The position numbers were made by a program, and so were the translations under genes. Under the pieces are notes generated by a model, which saw only the letters and a list, made by a program, of their open reading frames with translations, was not told where the DNA came from and did not search any database. Shown one piece after another: positions 51,361 through 64,000 of a DNA stretch of 64,000 bases. Source of the DNA: the human T2T-CHM13v2.0 reference genome, Homo sapiens. The DNA lies in NCBI GenBank assembly GCA_009914755.4, contig CP086569.2:18784001-18848000 (forward strand). Direction: 5' to 3'. Positions within the stretch are counted from its first letter, which is position 1. Each line of letters starts with the position of its first letter.

Positions 51361-51719
51361 AAGGAAGGGGATTAGGGGTCTCAGCTGAGGTGTTTGTTGA
51401 ACGCCAAGGGAACACATAAAGGTTGGTAGAAGAAGGTAGACATCAACACCAGCTACAGCCAGGTGACCAGCTGCAGAAATGAGGACTTTAATTGTTCTAA
51501 ACAGTTCCTCTTTTTGTTAAAAAAAAGTTTGTGTGTGTATACACATGTAATAGTACCTTCATTTTTCTTTTTCTTTATTATGTGACATTAGATTTATTGA
51601 CATCAAATCAACATTTGAGTATGGTTAACTTCACATAATAGTGCTTGGATTTGGGATTGGTCAATTACTGGTTGTAATAAAGATAGTTGTATTACGTTAG
51701 GTGTAATCATGATGTTATT

Positions 51720-51960
51720 ATTTTCTTTACTTGAGGATTAGGTATTCCCTTAGGAGATGTGTATGGGTTCAAGTTGTCAAGGGGTGGATTTGTGATGGTT
51801 AATACCGAGTGTTGACTTCGTTGGATTGAGGCATACAGGGTATTAATCCTGGGTGTATCTGTTGGAAGTTTTCCCCGAAACAATCTTTGAATCAGCGGGC
51901 TGTGGAATGCAGATCCACCTTATTCTTGTGGGCACAATCTAATCAGCTTTTAGTGAATAT
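51720..51960 (+). repeat. MaLR/MLT1-like LTR fragment (probable 3' LTR remnant of the right ERVL copy).
   Basis: ...gggctgtggaatgcagatccaccttattcttgtgggcacaatctaatcag resembles the MLT1 5' end (..tgtgggtgggcatcatccaatc..). Counterpart of 23640-23900. Confidence 0.35.
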
Positions 51961-54900
51961 AAATCTGGTAGAAAAATGTAAATTCATGAGATGAGCCTAG
52001 CCTCCAAACCATGGTTAACTACCATGTTGTTGCTAGCTGCTAAAGTTTGGAAACAATTTTTTTAATCAAATGTAAAAGATTTTACGCTGTACAAATTAAC
52101 CTCCTTTTTTGATTTATCTTAACATTTCCACATACATTTTTCTATTACAGCTACTTCTTCATTCACTTGTTTTTATTTTCTCTAATTGGCTCATGTAAAT
52201 GTTTGTGAATGTATTTATTTCTGGTTAATTTAGAACATGAGAGAGCATAACAAATCGCGATCAAAGTTTCCCACTATAAAAATCTTCTATCAGAAACAAT
52301 TTTAGAAAAGTAGAAGATACATCAGTGTTAATTCTACTCAACAACTTTAGCAAAAGCAAGAGTTCTCTAACCCCAGCTATAATCCTTGAAATCTTTGTTT
52401 TGCTTTGGCTTGGTTATTATAATGGCTTAGCAACTTTTATGTCATAAGACATATTTAATTTTTGCCTTACGATAAATATTATGCCCATTGTGCTTGCATA
52501 ATGTAGTGTGCCAATCCACAAGTGTGTATGTCTTTTCTGTATGCCTTCCAGCTGTAGTCAAGTTTAGTTCTATCCCAAAAGCCATTCATTGAGTTTTCTT
52601 AATTGCCACCCCCAAAATAGAGGCTGCCTAGCTTTGCTTTTTTTTTTTTTCTTTGCTATACTAGTGTTTTACGGAAATATTTAAAAAGTAATGGGAAAAG
52701 AAAAGGGGAGAAAAATAAATATATGCTTTACTATTTAATCATTGACTAACTGAACTGACTTTGCTTTACTAACACTTACCTTAACTTGAATCAACAGAAC
52801 TTTACAAAAGCTTCTTAAAATTCTTCTGATTTATAGAAACCAAAGATTGAGTTAAGTAATCTTGAAAATATAAAATCAAAGTGTGCTTTTCTTATGTACA
52901 ATTTTCTGGAGAGATGATCTATCACTGTTAATTTATCAAAGAGAGGCCTGAGACTCTAGATTTTAAGATATTTATCAGCTTTTCTAATCTCTCAGGGCTA
53001 GATGCTAGTAACCACCTTACCAATTCCACTTCTAGTCATGAACCAGGCTTAGGGTAAAAAGAAAGTAAAATCTATTGACTTACAGAAACCCTAGCCACTC
53101 ACATGGACTGTCTGTTACCTCCATGAGCTCAATGTCTATAACTGTTTGCCTTCCACGGTCTGCTCCAGCCACAGTGACCTGGCTGTTTTTCAAACAATTT
53201 AAGCAGACGTCTGGTGGAGGTCATCAAACTTGTTGATCTTGATGCATGCTTGTGTGATTATTACCTTATTATTTTATTTAGATATTTACTTCAAAGTCAC
53301 TTTAGAGACTAATTATTTTATGCTTGTCTCACATGAGTCCAAGCTGTACTCAATAGAGAATTTTACCTCATGCATTTTATATGAAATTGATAGGATCAAT
53401 TAATATAAAGCAAACAAAAAACCTTACACTATAAACACTAAAACAAACAAATAAAAAATCTAGAAACCCAAATTAAAAGTGTAACATTTAACTTCAGCAT
53501 TTGAAACAACATTTTCATGGGACAAAATTTAGATCTCCTAAATAAAAATAAACTGAGATTAGAAAACAGTTCATGCTTCACAACTAAAACTGAAACAAAA
53601 TTGCAGAGCAGGCAGCGTCAAACCATTCAAAGAAATCTCAAACAAATAAAAAACCGTCTACACCCAGGAAACCAATAGTTCACCAATAGTTCACATCAAC
53701 CAAGGAAACACTTAATCAAGAGAGACAATTTTAAAACAGTTAATGTTTTGGATTGTCATACTGCCTCCCAGACACAGATGAAGCCTGCAAAACTGAAATC
53801 CACATTTTCAATTTGAGGCCCTGATTCCTGATTCTAGAAGGAGTAAAACAGCCCTTATGTGCTAATTTATTGTGTTTGTTCTAGTCTTTCTAGAGAATAA
53901 ACGATGAATTGATTAGTCATTTTTATTTCTGTTTTGCCAAAGTCAGAAGTCACTCTTGGTTGAAAATGCCAGGAATTGGTCACAAACATTTAGGTTCCTG
54001 AGAACCAACAATGCAGTTACTTCATATAATTGACAATCTGATAATACATATTCAGTTTTTTTTTTAATAATAGCTTGTATACTGCTCTTATACAAAATGC
54101 TATTTAAGTGGATACTAAGCTGCCAATAACTAAGAAGACACCTTGGAGAAATGAAGAACATTTATAACTTGTAAAATAATACACAAGCAGAAAATGTCTA
54201 GATAAAAATAAGCTCGAGAAATCTGTGTCTAACCCTCCCCCCACCAAAATAAAGCTATTACTATTACCTAGCAAAGATAATTACTACTATTATGCTTATT
54301 ATCGGCAGCTATTACATACAAAAACTATACAAATTTAATTTCATGGACAGTCTGTGTGTGGAGACATAGTCTGAGACAATATAATATAATTTGAGAAGAA
54401 CAGAAAAGTACAGGAGCAGAGTACCTTTATATTGTTGAACTTAGACTTTAGATTATTTAAATAAGGTAGTATTATCCAACGTAGGCTATTTTAAGTTTAG
54501 AATATTTATTGAGGTCCCAAATGTAACTAACTATAATATAAAATATATAGAAAAAGAAAGTTTTGAGAAATTAAGAAATTTTTCTGAAAGATCAAAGGAG
54601 AAATTTAAAAATTCAGATAAGGTAAGGAACATACAGAAAGCAAGTAATTAAATATCAGAGTGAATAGTGTTTTACGTTTAATAACTTTAAATGTGAGCTC
54701 TTTCATAAAAACGCACAGAATAATGCAAATGTACCTTTAAAAGAAGGGTTCACATATGTGATTTCCCTGCAAGTGTTGCTTTAAGTGCAAAGAGAGAGAT
54801 TGAAAGTAAAATGATACAGGTTCTTGGAAAAACGAGACAATGGATTACAGAGCACTATGTATCTGTCCCTTCAACTATTCAATATGTGCAGTGGCGGAAT

Positions 54901-55609
54901 CGCTATGACGCAAATAGTTTGGAATTATAGATCCTATCTGAAGTTTTGAAGCTTTCAAAAGACGATTTGTAAAGTCAACAACAATTAAGTTCGATCAACT
55001 TTATAGCATAGGTCAACAGCAGTTATTTATTCCTATCAACTATTGCCGTGGTGTGCAGCCTTGCAAATACTTCTGGAGCAGCTGGCAATAGCCACGATAG
55101 GCAAAAAAGACCTTATCCTCCAAATCTCAGGAGGACTGGCTAACCGATTGCTGTTTCTTATTACGGAGGTCCTGCGAGTGGTGAACAGTCATTTTTCATT
55201 TTCCAAACCTTTTACAGGCTTTTTCTCCTCCTACTCAAGTAACTTTCAGACGATTTACAAAGGCAGAGCCTTTCTTTCCTAATTTTTCTTTTCTTTTTCT
55301 CTCTCTTTAGAGGCCAGAGAATGATAGACAAAACATTCAAAGAAAACATATGTAAGTGAAAATTTAGAATAAAATGTGTTGCTACACATCTGTGCTCCAC
55401 AATGATGTAGCCTCAAGAAAAGCCCCCAACAAAATCAGTAAGACTGATTGTCATGACAGAAATAGCCTAGATGATGAATAAACAAATCCCTAGCAAGCTA
55501 CAGAGGGAGAAAATCTGATTTTCAAAGGTACAACACTTGAAAATTTATATGCCTGTTTTCGACACCAACAGAATCACATAGCATAAGGTGAAATAAGAAA
55601 GTGTGGTTC

Positions 55610-56003
<394 letters not shown>

Positions 56004-56229
56004 CCCTAGAAAGAAAAAAAATCACTAACAGAAGCTTTTCCCAGGTGGCCCAAATGGCAGGCTAACTAAAAAATAATTTTTTAAATTCATGATTTTTTTT
56101 AGAAAGCTAATGCAATGAAGAAAAGCACAGAAAGCCATGAACAGAAAAAAATTATTAATAGACAGTAAACTTACAATAAAGTAAACTCACAGTAAAACTA
56201 AGAAGGAAATTCTAGGCCAGGTTCAGTGG

Positions 56230-56480
56230 TTCTCTCTCTCTCTCTCTCTCTCTCTCTAATCTATCTAACTACCTACCTATCTATCTATCTATACATATAT
56301 CTTAGACTTTAGATTATGTTAGACTTTAGTCTATATATATATAGAATACATAAAAATATATTTCTATATTATATATAATATATTTTTATTTAATATATAA
56401 TATAAATATATGTGTATATATGTGTATATATATGTGTGTGTGTATATATATTATATATATATACTTATATATCTGGAGCT
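56230..56480. repeat. Compound simple repeats: (CT)n, (CTAT)n, (TA)n / (TATG)-rich.
   Basis: Direct read. Confidence 0.9.
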
Positions 56481-56506
56481 GAAAAGTTAAACAACTGTCA
56501 CTAAAA

Positions 56507-56813
56507 TTTACTACAGCCTGGCACAGTGGCTCACGCCTGCAGTCTTAGCAGTTTGGGAGGCCAAGTCGGTTAGACCATGAGGTCAAATGATGAAGATTTT
56601 CCTGGCCAATATGGTGAAACCTTGTCTTTACTAAAAAACACAAAAATTAGCAGGGTGTGGTGGCATGAGCCTGTAGTCCCAGCTACTTGAGAGGCTGAGG
56701 CAGGATAATTGTTTGAAATCAGGAGGTAGAGGTTGCAGTCAGCCAAGGTGGCCTCACTGAACTCCACCCTGGTGACAGAGGAAAACTCAATCAAAAACAA
56801 ACAAACAAAAAAA
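56507..56813 (+). mobile_element. Alu (AluS-like), right-arm specific.
   Basis: gcctggcacagtggctcacgcctgcagtc...gagaggctgaggcaggataattg..., A-rich end. Confidence 0.85.
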
Positions 56814-57519
56814 CTCTACGGAGATTTAAAAGGACACTTGAGAAGATAGAAGAACAAACTATCAGCAGATCTAAGAAAAGGGCAGTTGAAATTGTTAAGT
56901 CAAGAAGGGAACAAATAAATAAATAAATAAATAAAAACTGTGAAAACAACCTAGAAACCAGTGGGACACCATCAAGCAGTCCTCCTAAAGGAGACTAAAA
57001 CAGTAGTGGTCAGAAAGGTCATAAATTTGAGGAAATAAATAAACACCAAAGAAGTTCAACAAACTCCAAGCAGCATAAACTCAAACACATTCAAACTTAC
57101 TTGATAATTAACCTTTCTAAAACAAAAACAACTTGAAACTTGAAAGTTGCAAGAGAAGTGACTGGTCATGTAAAAAGAACCCCCATGAGTAATCAGTGGA
57201 TTTCTTTTCGGAAAATTCAGAGGTCAGAAAGCAGTAGACTAAGATATGCCAAATGCTGTAAGAAAAAAACTTTTAACAGAAATCTTATGCCTACACTAAC
57301 TGCCCATCAAAAGTGAGAGAGATATTATAAAATTCCCATGTAAAAGCTGCAGTCTTTTACCAGTAGACTACCCTTTAAGAAATGCTTTATGGAGTATTTC
57401 AGGATAAAATGAACAGACATGAAACAGCAGTGTGAATAAGTAAAGATTAAGGAAAAGATAAATATATAAACAATATAAAAGATACAAAAATGTGCACCTC
57501 CACAATTGGAAATGGAAGT

Positions 57520-58125
57520 GGGAAAATGTGAAAGAAAAATGCTGCAGCTACTGTGGAAAATAGTTTGGTGGTTCTGCAAAAGCTAAACATAAAATTACCA
57601 TAGAACCCCCAAAATGCACTCCAAGCTATATACACAAAAAAAAATGTAAAAGAGGTATTCAAACAAAAATATGTATGCGTATGTTCATAGCAGCATTCAC
57701 AATAACTAAAATCTGGAAACACACCAAATAAATGTCCACCAACAAAAAATAAGAAACAAAATGTAGTATGTCCATACAACGGCATACTATTCAGCTGTGA
57801 AAAGGATTACAACTCTAATGCTACAATGTGAAGAAACTTAAATTTTGGCTCAAGAAGCTGAGCCAAAAGTCACATAGTGTATGATTTTATTTGTATAAAT
57901 ATTTAGAGTAGGTAAATCCATAGAGAAAAAATGCAGATTATTGGTGCTGGTGTCAGAAAGAGGACAGATTGGGTAGGAGCTTCTTAATAAGTAGGGTATT
58001 TCCTTTTGGAATAATGAAAATACTTTGGAACTAAGATGTGGTAGTTGCACACAAATATGCACGTACTAAAGATCACTAAGGAATTCATTAAGAAACAGTT
58101 AATTTTATATTACATGAAGGAATTT
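57520..58125 (+). mobile_element. Old L1 (L1M/L1PB-like) 3' end. Marks the outer end of the right arm.
   Basis: ...ctactgtggaaaatagtttggtggttctgcaaaagctaaacataaaattaccatagaaccccc...tgttcatagcagcattcacaataactaaaatctggaaacacaccaaataaatgtccacc...gtatgtccatacaacggcatactattcagc is the classic L1 3'-end consensus. Homologous to 6600-6850 and 2780-3050 (inverted). Confidence 0.85.
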
Positions 58126-58699
58126 AACCTCACTAAAAAGACAAAATTTCTTCCTCAGCATTCTCTCAGCAACGTGAGCGCTCTTTCCACAGAGTGCTTG
58201 CAGCATGGGGTTCTGATCCCTCCACAGTCCAGAACTGCCTGGGGCCAGGCCAGCCACACACTAGACATGAACTCCCGCCACCCTGTCCAGCAGCCCCTCG
58301 ACCTGTTACCAGTGGAAGTTATCTGAGTTACTGGCGTCAAATCTATCATGGTCTGCAGTAACCTCAACTCTTGCCTCCTCAGGAGAAAGAATTTGACTGA
58401 GGGGAGTAAAGTAGCAAAGGAGACTGAGAAAGGTTTCACAGCAAAAGGGGATGTTTATTTAAAATATTTTAGAGTAAGAAAAAGAGAAGAGTGCGTTAGG
58501 AAGAGATCCAAGTGGGTGATATGAATATATACCATATATATGACTTGCAAATATTGTGTCCCATGCTGGTGGTTTTCTTTCCACTATACTGACAGTGTCT
58601 TTTGACGCACAAAAGTGTTTAGTTTTGATGAAGTTCAAGTGATCTATTTTTTCTTATGTTTTGTGTTCAGTCAGTGATATAGCCAAGAAATCATTTACA

Positions 58700-59000
58700 A
58701 ATCCACAGCCAATAAGCACATGAAAAGATGTTCGAAATCACTAGCCACTTAATGCAGGAATATCTAAACCACAATGAGATTACCACTTTATCCCCATTGG
58801 AATTTTTCTTTCTTTCTTTTTCTTTTTTTTTTAAAAGAAAACTTTGAGAGTATGTGGAGAAATTGGAAGCCTTGTACATTGCTGGTGAGATTGTGAAATG
58901 GTGGTGATGTTTGCACAATTTGAGCATAGTTAATGCTTCCAAATTATACACTCAAAGTGTTTGAAATGGTACATTTGTTTATGTATGATTTTCCACTTAC
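58700..59000 (+). mobile_element. Old L1 ORF2-C-terminal / 3'-end fragment.
   Basis: ...atccacagccaataagcacatgaaaagatgttcgaaatcactagccac...aaccacaatgagattaccact...tgtggagaaattggaagccttgtacattgctggtgagattgtgaaatggt. Confidence 0.7.
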
Positions 59001-59941
59001 AACAAAAGCTTCCTCAGAAATTGTCCTAAAATAGTTCCATGAGTGATGAAAGAAGACGCTCCTCTCCTATCATGAGTAGAAGCCTATTTATTTATTCATG
59101 CCATTATACGCACTCTTGACTCTTCCACATGCCCAGCATGATCTCATCAAGCAGAATGAGTCTCTTCTCATCTGGCCCATTTGTGCTCCTTTCCATAATT
59201 GCATTCTCCTTTTCAACTCACTACCTGCCCGCTAAAAACAACTGTAAGTTACAGGCCAGTTTACTGTCTCTATAAATATTTCTTCTCTGTAACGTAATAG
59301 AAATGAAATCATACAATATGTCACCTCTTCAGACTGGCTCTTATCACTTTGCTTTGTGAATGCCCGATTCATCCATGGCTTTGCATGACTTCATAAATCA
59401 CTCCTTTTGTTTTGATGAATAGTATTTCATTTTATGAATTTACCTGGCTTGGTTAATATTGAAGGGCATCCTGATTCCTTCAAGTATGTGGCCATTGTCA
59501 AGAGAGCAGTTATACATAAATGCTTGTGGTTTTTGGTTAGATGTGAGTTTCCAAATCAGTTGTTTAGATACCTAAGTGTTAACAATTGTTAGCCTATATG
59601 TTGAGACCATGTCCGCCTTTGGAAAAAACTGTCAAACTCTTTCAGAAGAAAACAACCATATTTTAAAGTTGCTGTACAATTATGCATTCCTTCAGCAATG
59701 AATGAGATTTTCTGTTGCAGTTTTGAGTATATTTAAAAAGAAATTTAGACATAGTATAGCTGTTTAGTGCTCACACTCTTATTTTAATTTGCCTTCCCCG
59801 AACGGCAGGTGTTGTTGAGCATTATTTTGTTGTTATTGTTTGTTCATTAATCTATGATTGCTGCCAAAAAGCATACATGTGTTGTGCCACAGAAACCCAA
59901 TTTTAAAAAACGTACTCTCAGCTCTACTTGGTAAAAAATAA

Positions 59942-60418
<477 letters not shown>

Positions 60419-60540
60419 AATGACTTGCTGTTTGGTTTTTACTTACTACTGTTACTGTGTTTTCTGTCTTGAGAATACCAAAATAGTAATGCATTGTACC
60501 AAGCCTTCTAAAATAACTGCCTAAAAATGTAATTGAGTCC

Positions 60541-60882
60541 TTTTGTTGTTGTTGTTCTGTTCTGTTTGTTGTTGTTGTTGTTTGTTTGTTTGTTTGTTTT
60601 GAGATGGAGTCTTGGTCTGTTCCCATGGCTGGAGTGCAATGACATGATCTCAGCTTTGGTAACCTCAGCTTCCCGGGTTCACGAAATTCTCCTGTCTTAG
60701 CTTCCTGAGGATCTGGGTTTACAGGACCCAGACACCACTACCGGCTAATTTTTTTTACATTTTTAGTAGAGAGTTTGTTTCACCATGTTGACCAGGATGA
60801 TCTCAAACACCTGACCTAAGGACATCCACCTGGCTCAGCCTCCCAAACTGCTGGGATTACCGATGTGAGCCATCATGCCTGG
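60541..60882 (-). mobile_element. Alu (minus) with a long T-rich tail.
   Basis: (GTT/GTTT)n tail then gagatggagtcttggtctg...gatgtgagccatcatgcctggcc. Confidence 0.85.
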
Positions 60883-61439
60883 CCACGCCAATTCCTTTAT
60901 TTCTTTATGGAATCAAATGTAGGTTGAGAATCATCTTTCCTAATACTTGTCAGTGCCTCAAGATTGTTAGGATAAATATAAAACTTCCAACCAAAGGATA
61001 CTTGTTGACATCCAGAATTTTAAGAAAAGTTGTGAAATAAAATACCCAGCTTCTGGCTCTTTCCTCGTGAGCAGGCTCAATGTCTGGGAAATCCTTGGAA
61101 ACTGGAAGAAGGGTAGAGCTGGGGTAGGTGGGGATGATCTTTGAAACCACTGCCGCTCTGGCAGCCACTGTTGCTCCTCAGGAAATGGCTTGGAGCCTCA
61201 GCCTTCAGAAGAAGTAACAGGGGCTCAGCAATCGGTATTTTGTGTGCCAGGTTTTCCATCTCCATATCTGTTTTGGTGATGTATCTATTCAGGTCTCTAC
61301 TTATTAATTAGGTCATCTTATTTGTTTGAATATTTTGCATAAAAGTCACTTTTCAGATGTGTTTCCTAAACTTTTCTTAGCCTGAGGCTTGTTTTTTTTG
61401 GTTCTCTTAACCAGAACATAGTTTTTGTTTGTTTTGTTT

Positions 61440-61664
61440 TGTATTGTTTTGTTTTCTTCTTGTTTTTTGCCTTTTTTGAGATGGAGTCACACCTTGTCAC
61501 CCAACCTGGGGTGCAAAGGCATGATTTTGGCCCACTGCAACATCTGTCTCCTGGGTTGAAGGGATTCTTCTGCCTCAGGTTCCAGAGTAGCGTGGACTAC
61601 ATGTGTCTGCCAACAAGCCCACCTATTTTTTTTTTTTTTTTGTATTTTTAATAGAGACAGTGTG
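61440..61664 (-). mobile_element. Alu right-monomer fragment, truncated exactly at the start of the LTR that follows.
   Basis: T-rich tail, gagatggagtcacaccttgtcacccaacctgg...tttttgtatttttaatagagacag | tgtggcag. Confidence 0.7.
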
Positions 61665-62210
61665 GCAGTCAGTTACTATGGGATGAAACAAAGGGGGTTG
61701 AATGCAGAAATGAAGACAAAGACAAAAAAGATCTGTTTTAAAAGAGGGGTTGAGGGCTCATTGCTTCTAATCAGCAAAGGCCCTGAGCTTCTACAGGCCT
61801 TCATATTTAGTAGGCAGAATCAACAGGGAGGAAAGGTAATTGTTGGTCAGCTGCTTGCATTATCACAGGCTCACACAATTGCTTTCTATATACTACCGGC
61901 TTCAGATGTTCCTATATATAACCACAAGAAAGACTGTGCTTGGGGCATGACTGCCCTCAGCATTCCTTCTGACACCAGACGTGGTGTGTCAGGTTGCCAA
62001 CATGCTGCTTTCATGAGAACAGTTCCCTCTCTGCTCATAGACCCTCCAGTCATTACTGAGTTGGTCACGACTCTCATTCTTTTGGCCTCCAACATCTCCT
62101 CCTTTTTATTTTTGCATTAATTGAGTAAAGATAATTGCAGGCTGTGCAGCTCTCCACTGCTGTTTGGTGGTCCAGCTGCTTTTACAGACAATGAACATAA
62201 AAGAGAGACA
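61665..62210 (-). mobile_element. Retroviral LTR (about 545 bp, TG...CA termini, TATA-like ttatatatagg), likely the 3' LTR of the env-bearing provirus at 62.4-64 kb.
   Basis: Begins tgtggcagtcag. The revcomp begins tgttcattgtctg and ends ...ctgccaca. The 152-aa ORF 61662..62120 is probably fortuitous. Confidence 0.45.
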
Positions 62211-62499
62211 TCATGATGTTACTCTGATAATCACAAAAAAGACATTTAGGTGATGTTTGGAGGAGGTCCAAAGGCTAAGGCTCTCTAAACCTTGCTGGAA
62301 TTCTGCCCAAGTTTTCAGAGACGGCTGACTTACTTGAGTATGCTTTTTCAAGTTAAGAATTTTGCTTTGTAAATCAAGTTTCCATGGATATTCCCTTTGG
62401 TTTTATTCCAAATTGGTTACACAAAGATGAGCATGCTTAAAATGACAATGCAATTGCTGCCGCAACTGCAAGTTTGTTCTTGGTTTCCTAGCCACAGAA

Positions 62500-64000
62500 C
62501 TGTAATCTTTAACTCTTTAACATTGCTACTTCCATGTGTATCTCAGTGTTAAGTTTATTTTTAAGCATCCATGCCTGGTCGGCTGTACACATCCAATTTT
62601 CTACATATTGAGCTGTGATTTGAATGGAGCTGTACATTGCTACTAAGGACACCACAACAGAAGTTATTAATGTACCTAAGGAGACTTTCACAAAAATTTT
62701 CATGCCTAAGGCTCTACAAGCACAATGAATAAGCTGACTAAGAAAAAAGTTTACAAAATGGAAACCAGAGGTGACCACCCAAGGCTCAGGCAGATTTACA
62801 GGAATCCATAATCCGGGATTGTGACCTAGAATTACTAGGGTGGATATGCTGTATGTTTGTACTGTGCTATGATTAAGGGAATAATACAGTTAACAGGAAT
62901 CACAAGTCAGTCGGGCATCGTTTACCTGGAGTTGGTCCTTTTTGCTGCCAGAAAAACAAAAGTTCAAAAACACAAATTGTAAATTGAGTGGTAGTGTTTT
63001 CTACAATGGTAACATTAAAACTGTGTTCAGCACAATTACTATAATTAGATAGTGTTCCGACACAAATGCTGCCATTCATATAGTGGAGTGCTGCCTTCCC
63101 TATCGACTCCTGAGTTGGACCTCTCTTTCCTTGGTAATGCCATTGAGGCAAAGTTGAGTTAAAACCTGTTCCATGCCAAGTGAAACTTGCTGCAGGTTGG
63201 GACTGAATCCCAGCGCAATGTAGTGAAGAGATGCTGACCAGTGTCAGCGAAGTTTATGCCATGAGGTCGGATTCTCATCTCTCCCATCTAAGTGACCACA
63301 GGCACCTAGAAAATAATGTCTCCCATTAGCATGTACTCTTGTCTAGCTAGGGGACCAAGACACTGGGTCCAAGGAGGGGGGTAAGAATTATCAAAGGGAG
63401 CCCATTCTGTATAATTAATACGATTTGGGAGATGGGGCTGGGAGTGATTAGTAGCTACACCAGTAATGTTAATAGAGCTAAGGCCTAATAGGTACATATT
63501 TTTTTCCATGGTAACTCAGCCATACTTGGGATTAATTTGCAAGGCCACTGCAGTTGAGTGATGTACCCTGGGTGACTCATGAAGGAAGTCCCTCCAATGG
63601 AGCAGCATAATTGATAATCATTGTTCTGAGAGTCTAATAACTGTTTGTCAGGGGGTGTTAGGGGTCCTGGTGCCCCTGCTTCATGATCATGATAGATGTC
63701 AGGGGGAGTGTCACTCCAAATTACACTCCGTAATACTGGGGGATTGGGAATATATGCCCAATATGTTTTTGTCTCTCTGCACAAGGGAAACCTACTGCAC
63801 AGGATGTTATGGGTAGCATGGCCATCAACGTGATGTCAGGGGTGTTTGCCTGACCCTGGTGCTCCAGCAATTTCAACTGACTCATGGCTTGTAATGGAGG
63901 AGTTGGATTCATAGTTGGGATCCATGGCTCTCTCCAGTCTCCCTTTACATGGTCACAAACACACAGATTATCCATCTCCTGTAAAAACACAAGCATACCC
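62500..64000 (-). mobile_element. Endogenous-retrovirus env-like region (SU and TM remnants), truncated by the window end.
   Basis: Consecutive minus-strand ORFs are rich in N-glycosylation sequons (NIT, NHS, NYT, NGS, NYS, NVT, NTT): 63721..63996, 63485..63784, 63306..63509, 62900..63151. The ORF 62509..62778 has a hydrophobic membrane-anchor-like stretch (LGTLITSVVVSLVAMYSSIQI). The family is not identified; ERVL lacks env, so this is a different provirus. Confidence 0.4.

Noticed and set aside
50882-51417. Long ORFs encoding KQASKQAS / GRKEGRKE or LPSFLPSF-type repeats
   Set aside because: Translation of an (AAGC)n / (AAGG)n compound microsatellite in several frames; low-complexity artefact.
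61662-62120. 152-aa ORF 61662..62120 (+)
   Set aside because: It lies within a TG...CA LTR. No recognisable domain; likely fortuitous.

Overview
This window is primate (almost certainly human) Y-chromosomal DNA, not a prokaryotic locus. There is no novel 'system' of the operon or defence-island kind, and I do not claim one.

The only intact host gene is an intronless CDY-family chromodomain retrogene (541 aa, minus strand, 825..2450). It is followed in tandem by a diverged, truncated CDY-like pseudogene copy that carries an Alu insertion.

The rest is interspersed repeats:
- two head-to-tail L1PA elements covering 11.2 kb, the second full-length with a recognisable antisense ORF0;
- about 15 Alus, and several old L1 3'-end fragments;
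- two copies of an ERVL-like provirus (pol with YTDD RT, integrase and a C-terminal dUTPase) in opposite orientations;
- one MaLR/THE1-like LTR;
- a third, unrelated provirus remnant with an LTR and env-like reading frames at the 3' edge;
- many micro- and minisatellites.

The main structural observation comes from reading the sequence by eye. Most of the window is one ancient, degenerate inverted repeat, palindrome-like: a left arm at about 6.6-34.5 kb and a right arm at about 41.2-58.1 kb in inverse orientation, about 85-88% identical. The arms share the ERVL provirus, an old AluJ and an old L1 3' end. Each arm carries lineage-specific insertions: the L1 pair, a THE1 element and a minisatellite expansion on the left; AluS and AluY on the right. 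The CDY gene and its tandem partial duplicate sit at the outer edge of the left arm, immediately after an L1 poly(A). They have no counterpart beyond the right arm. I aligned everything by eye at multiple checkpoints, so boundaries are approximate.
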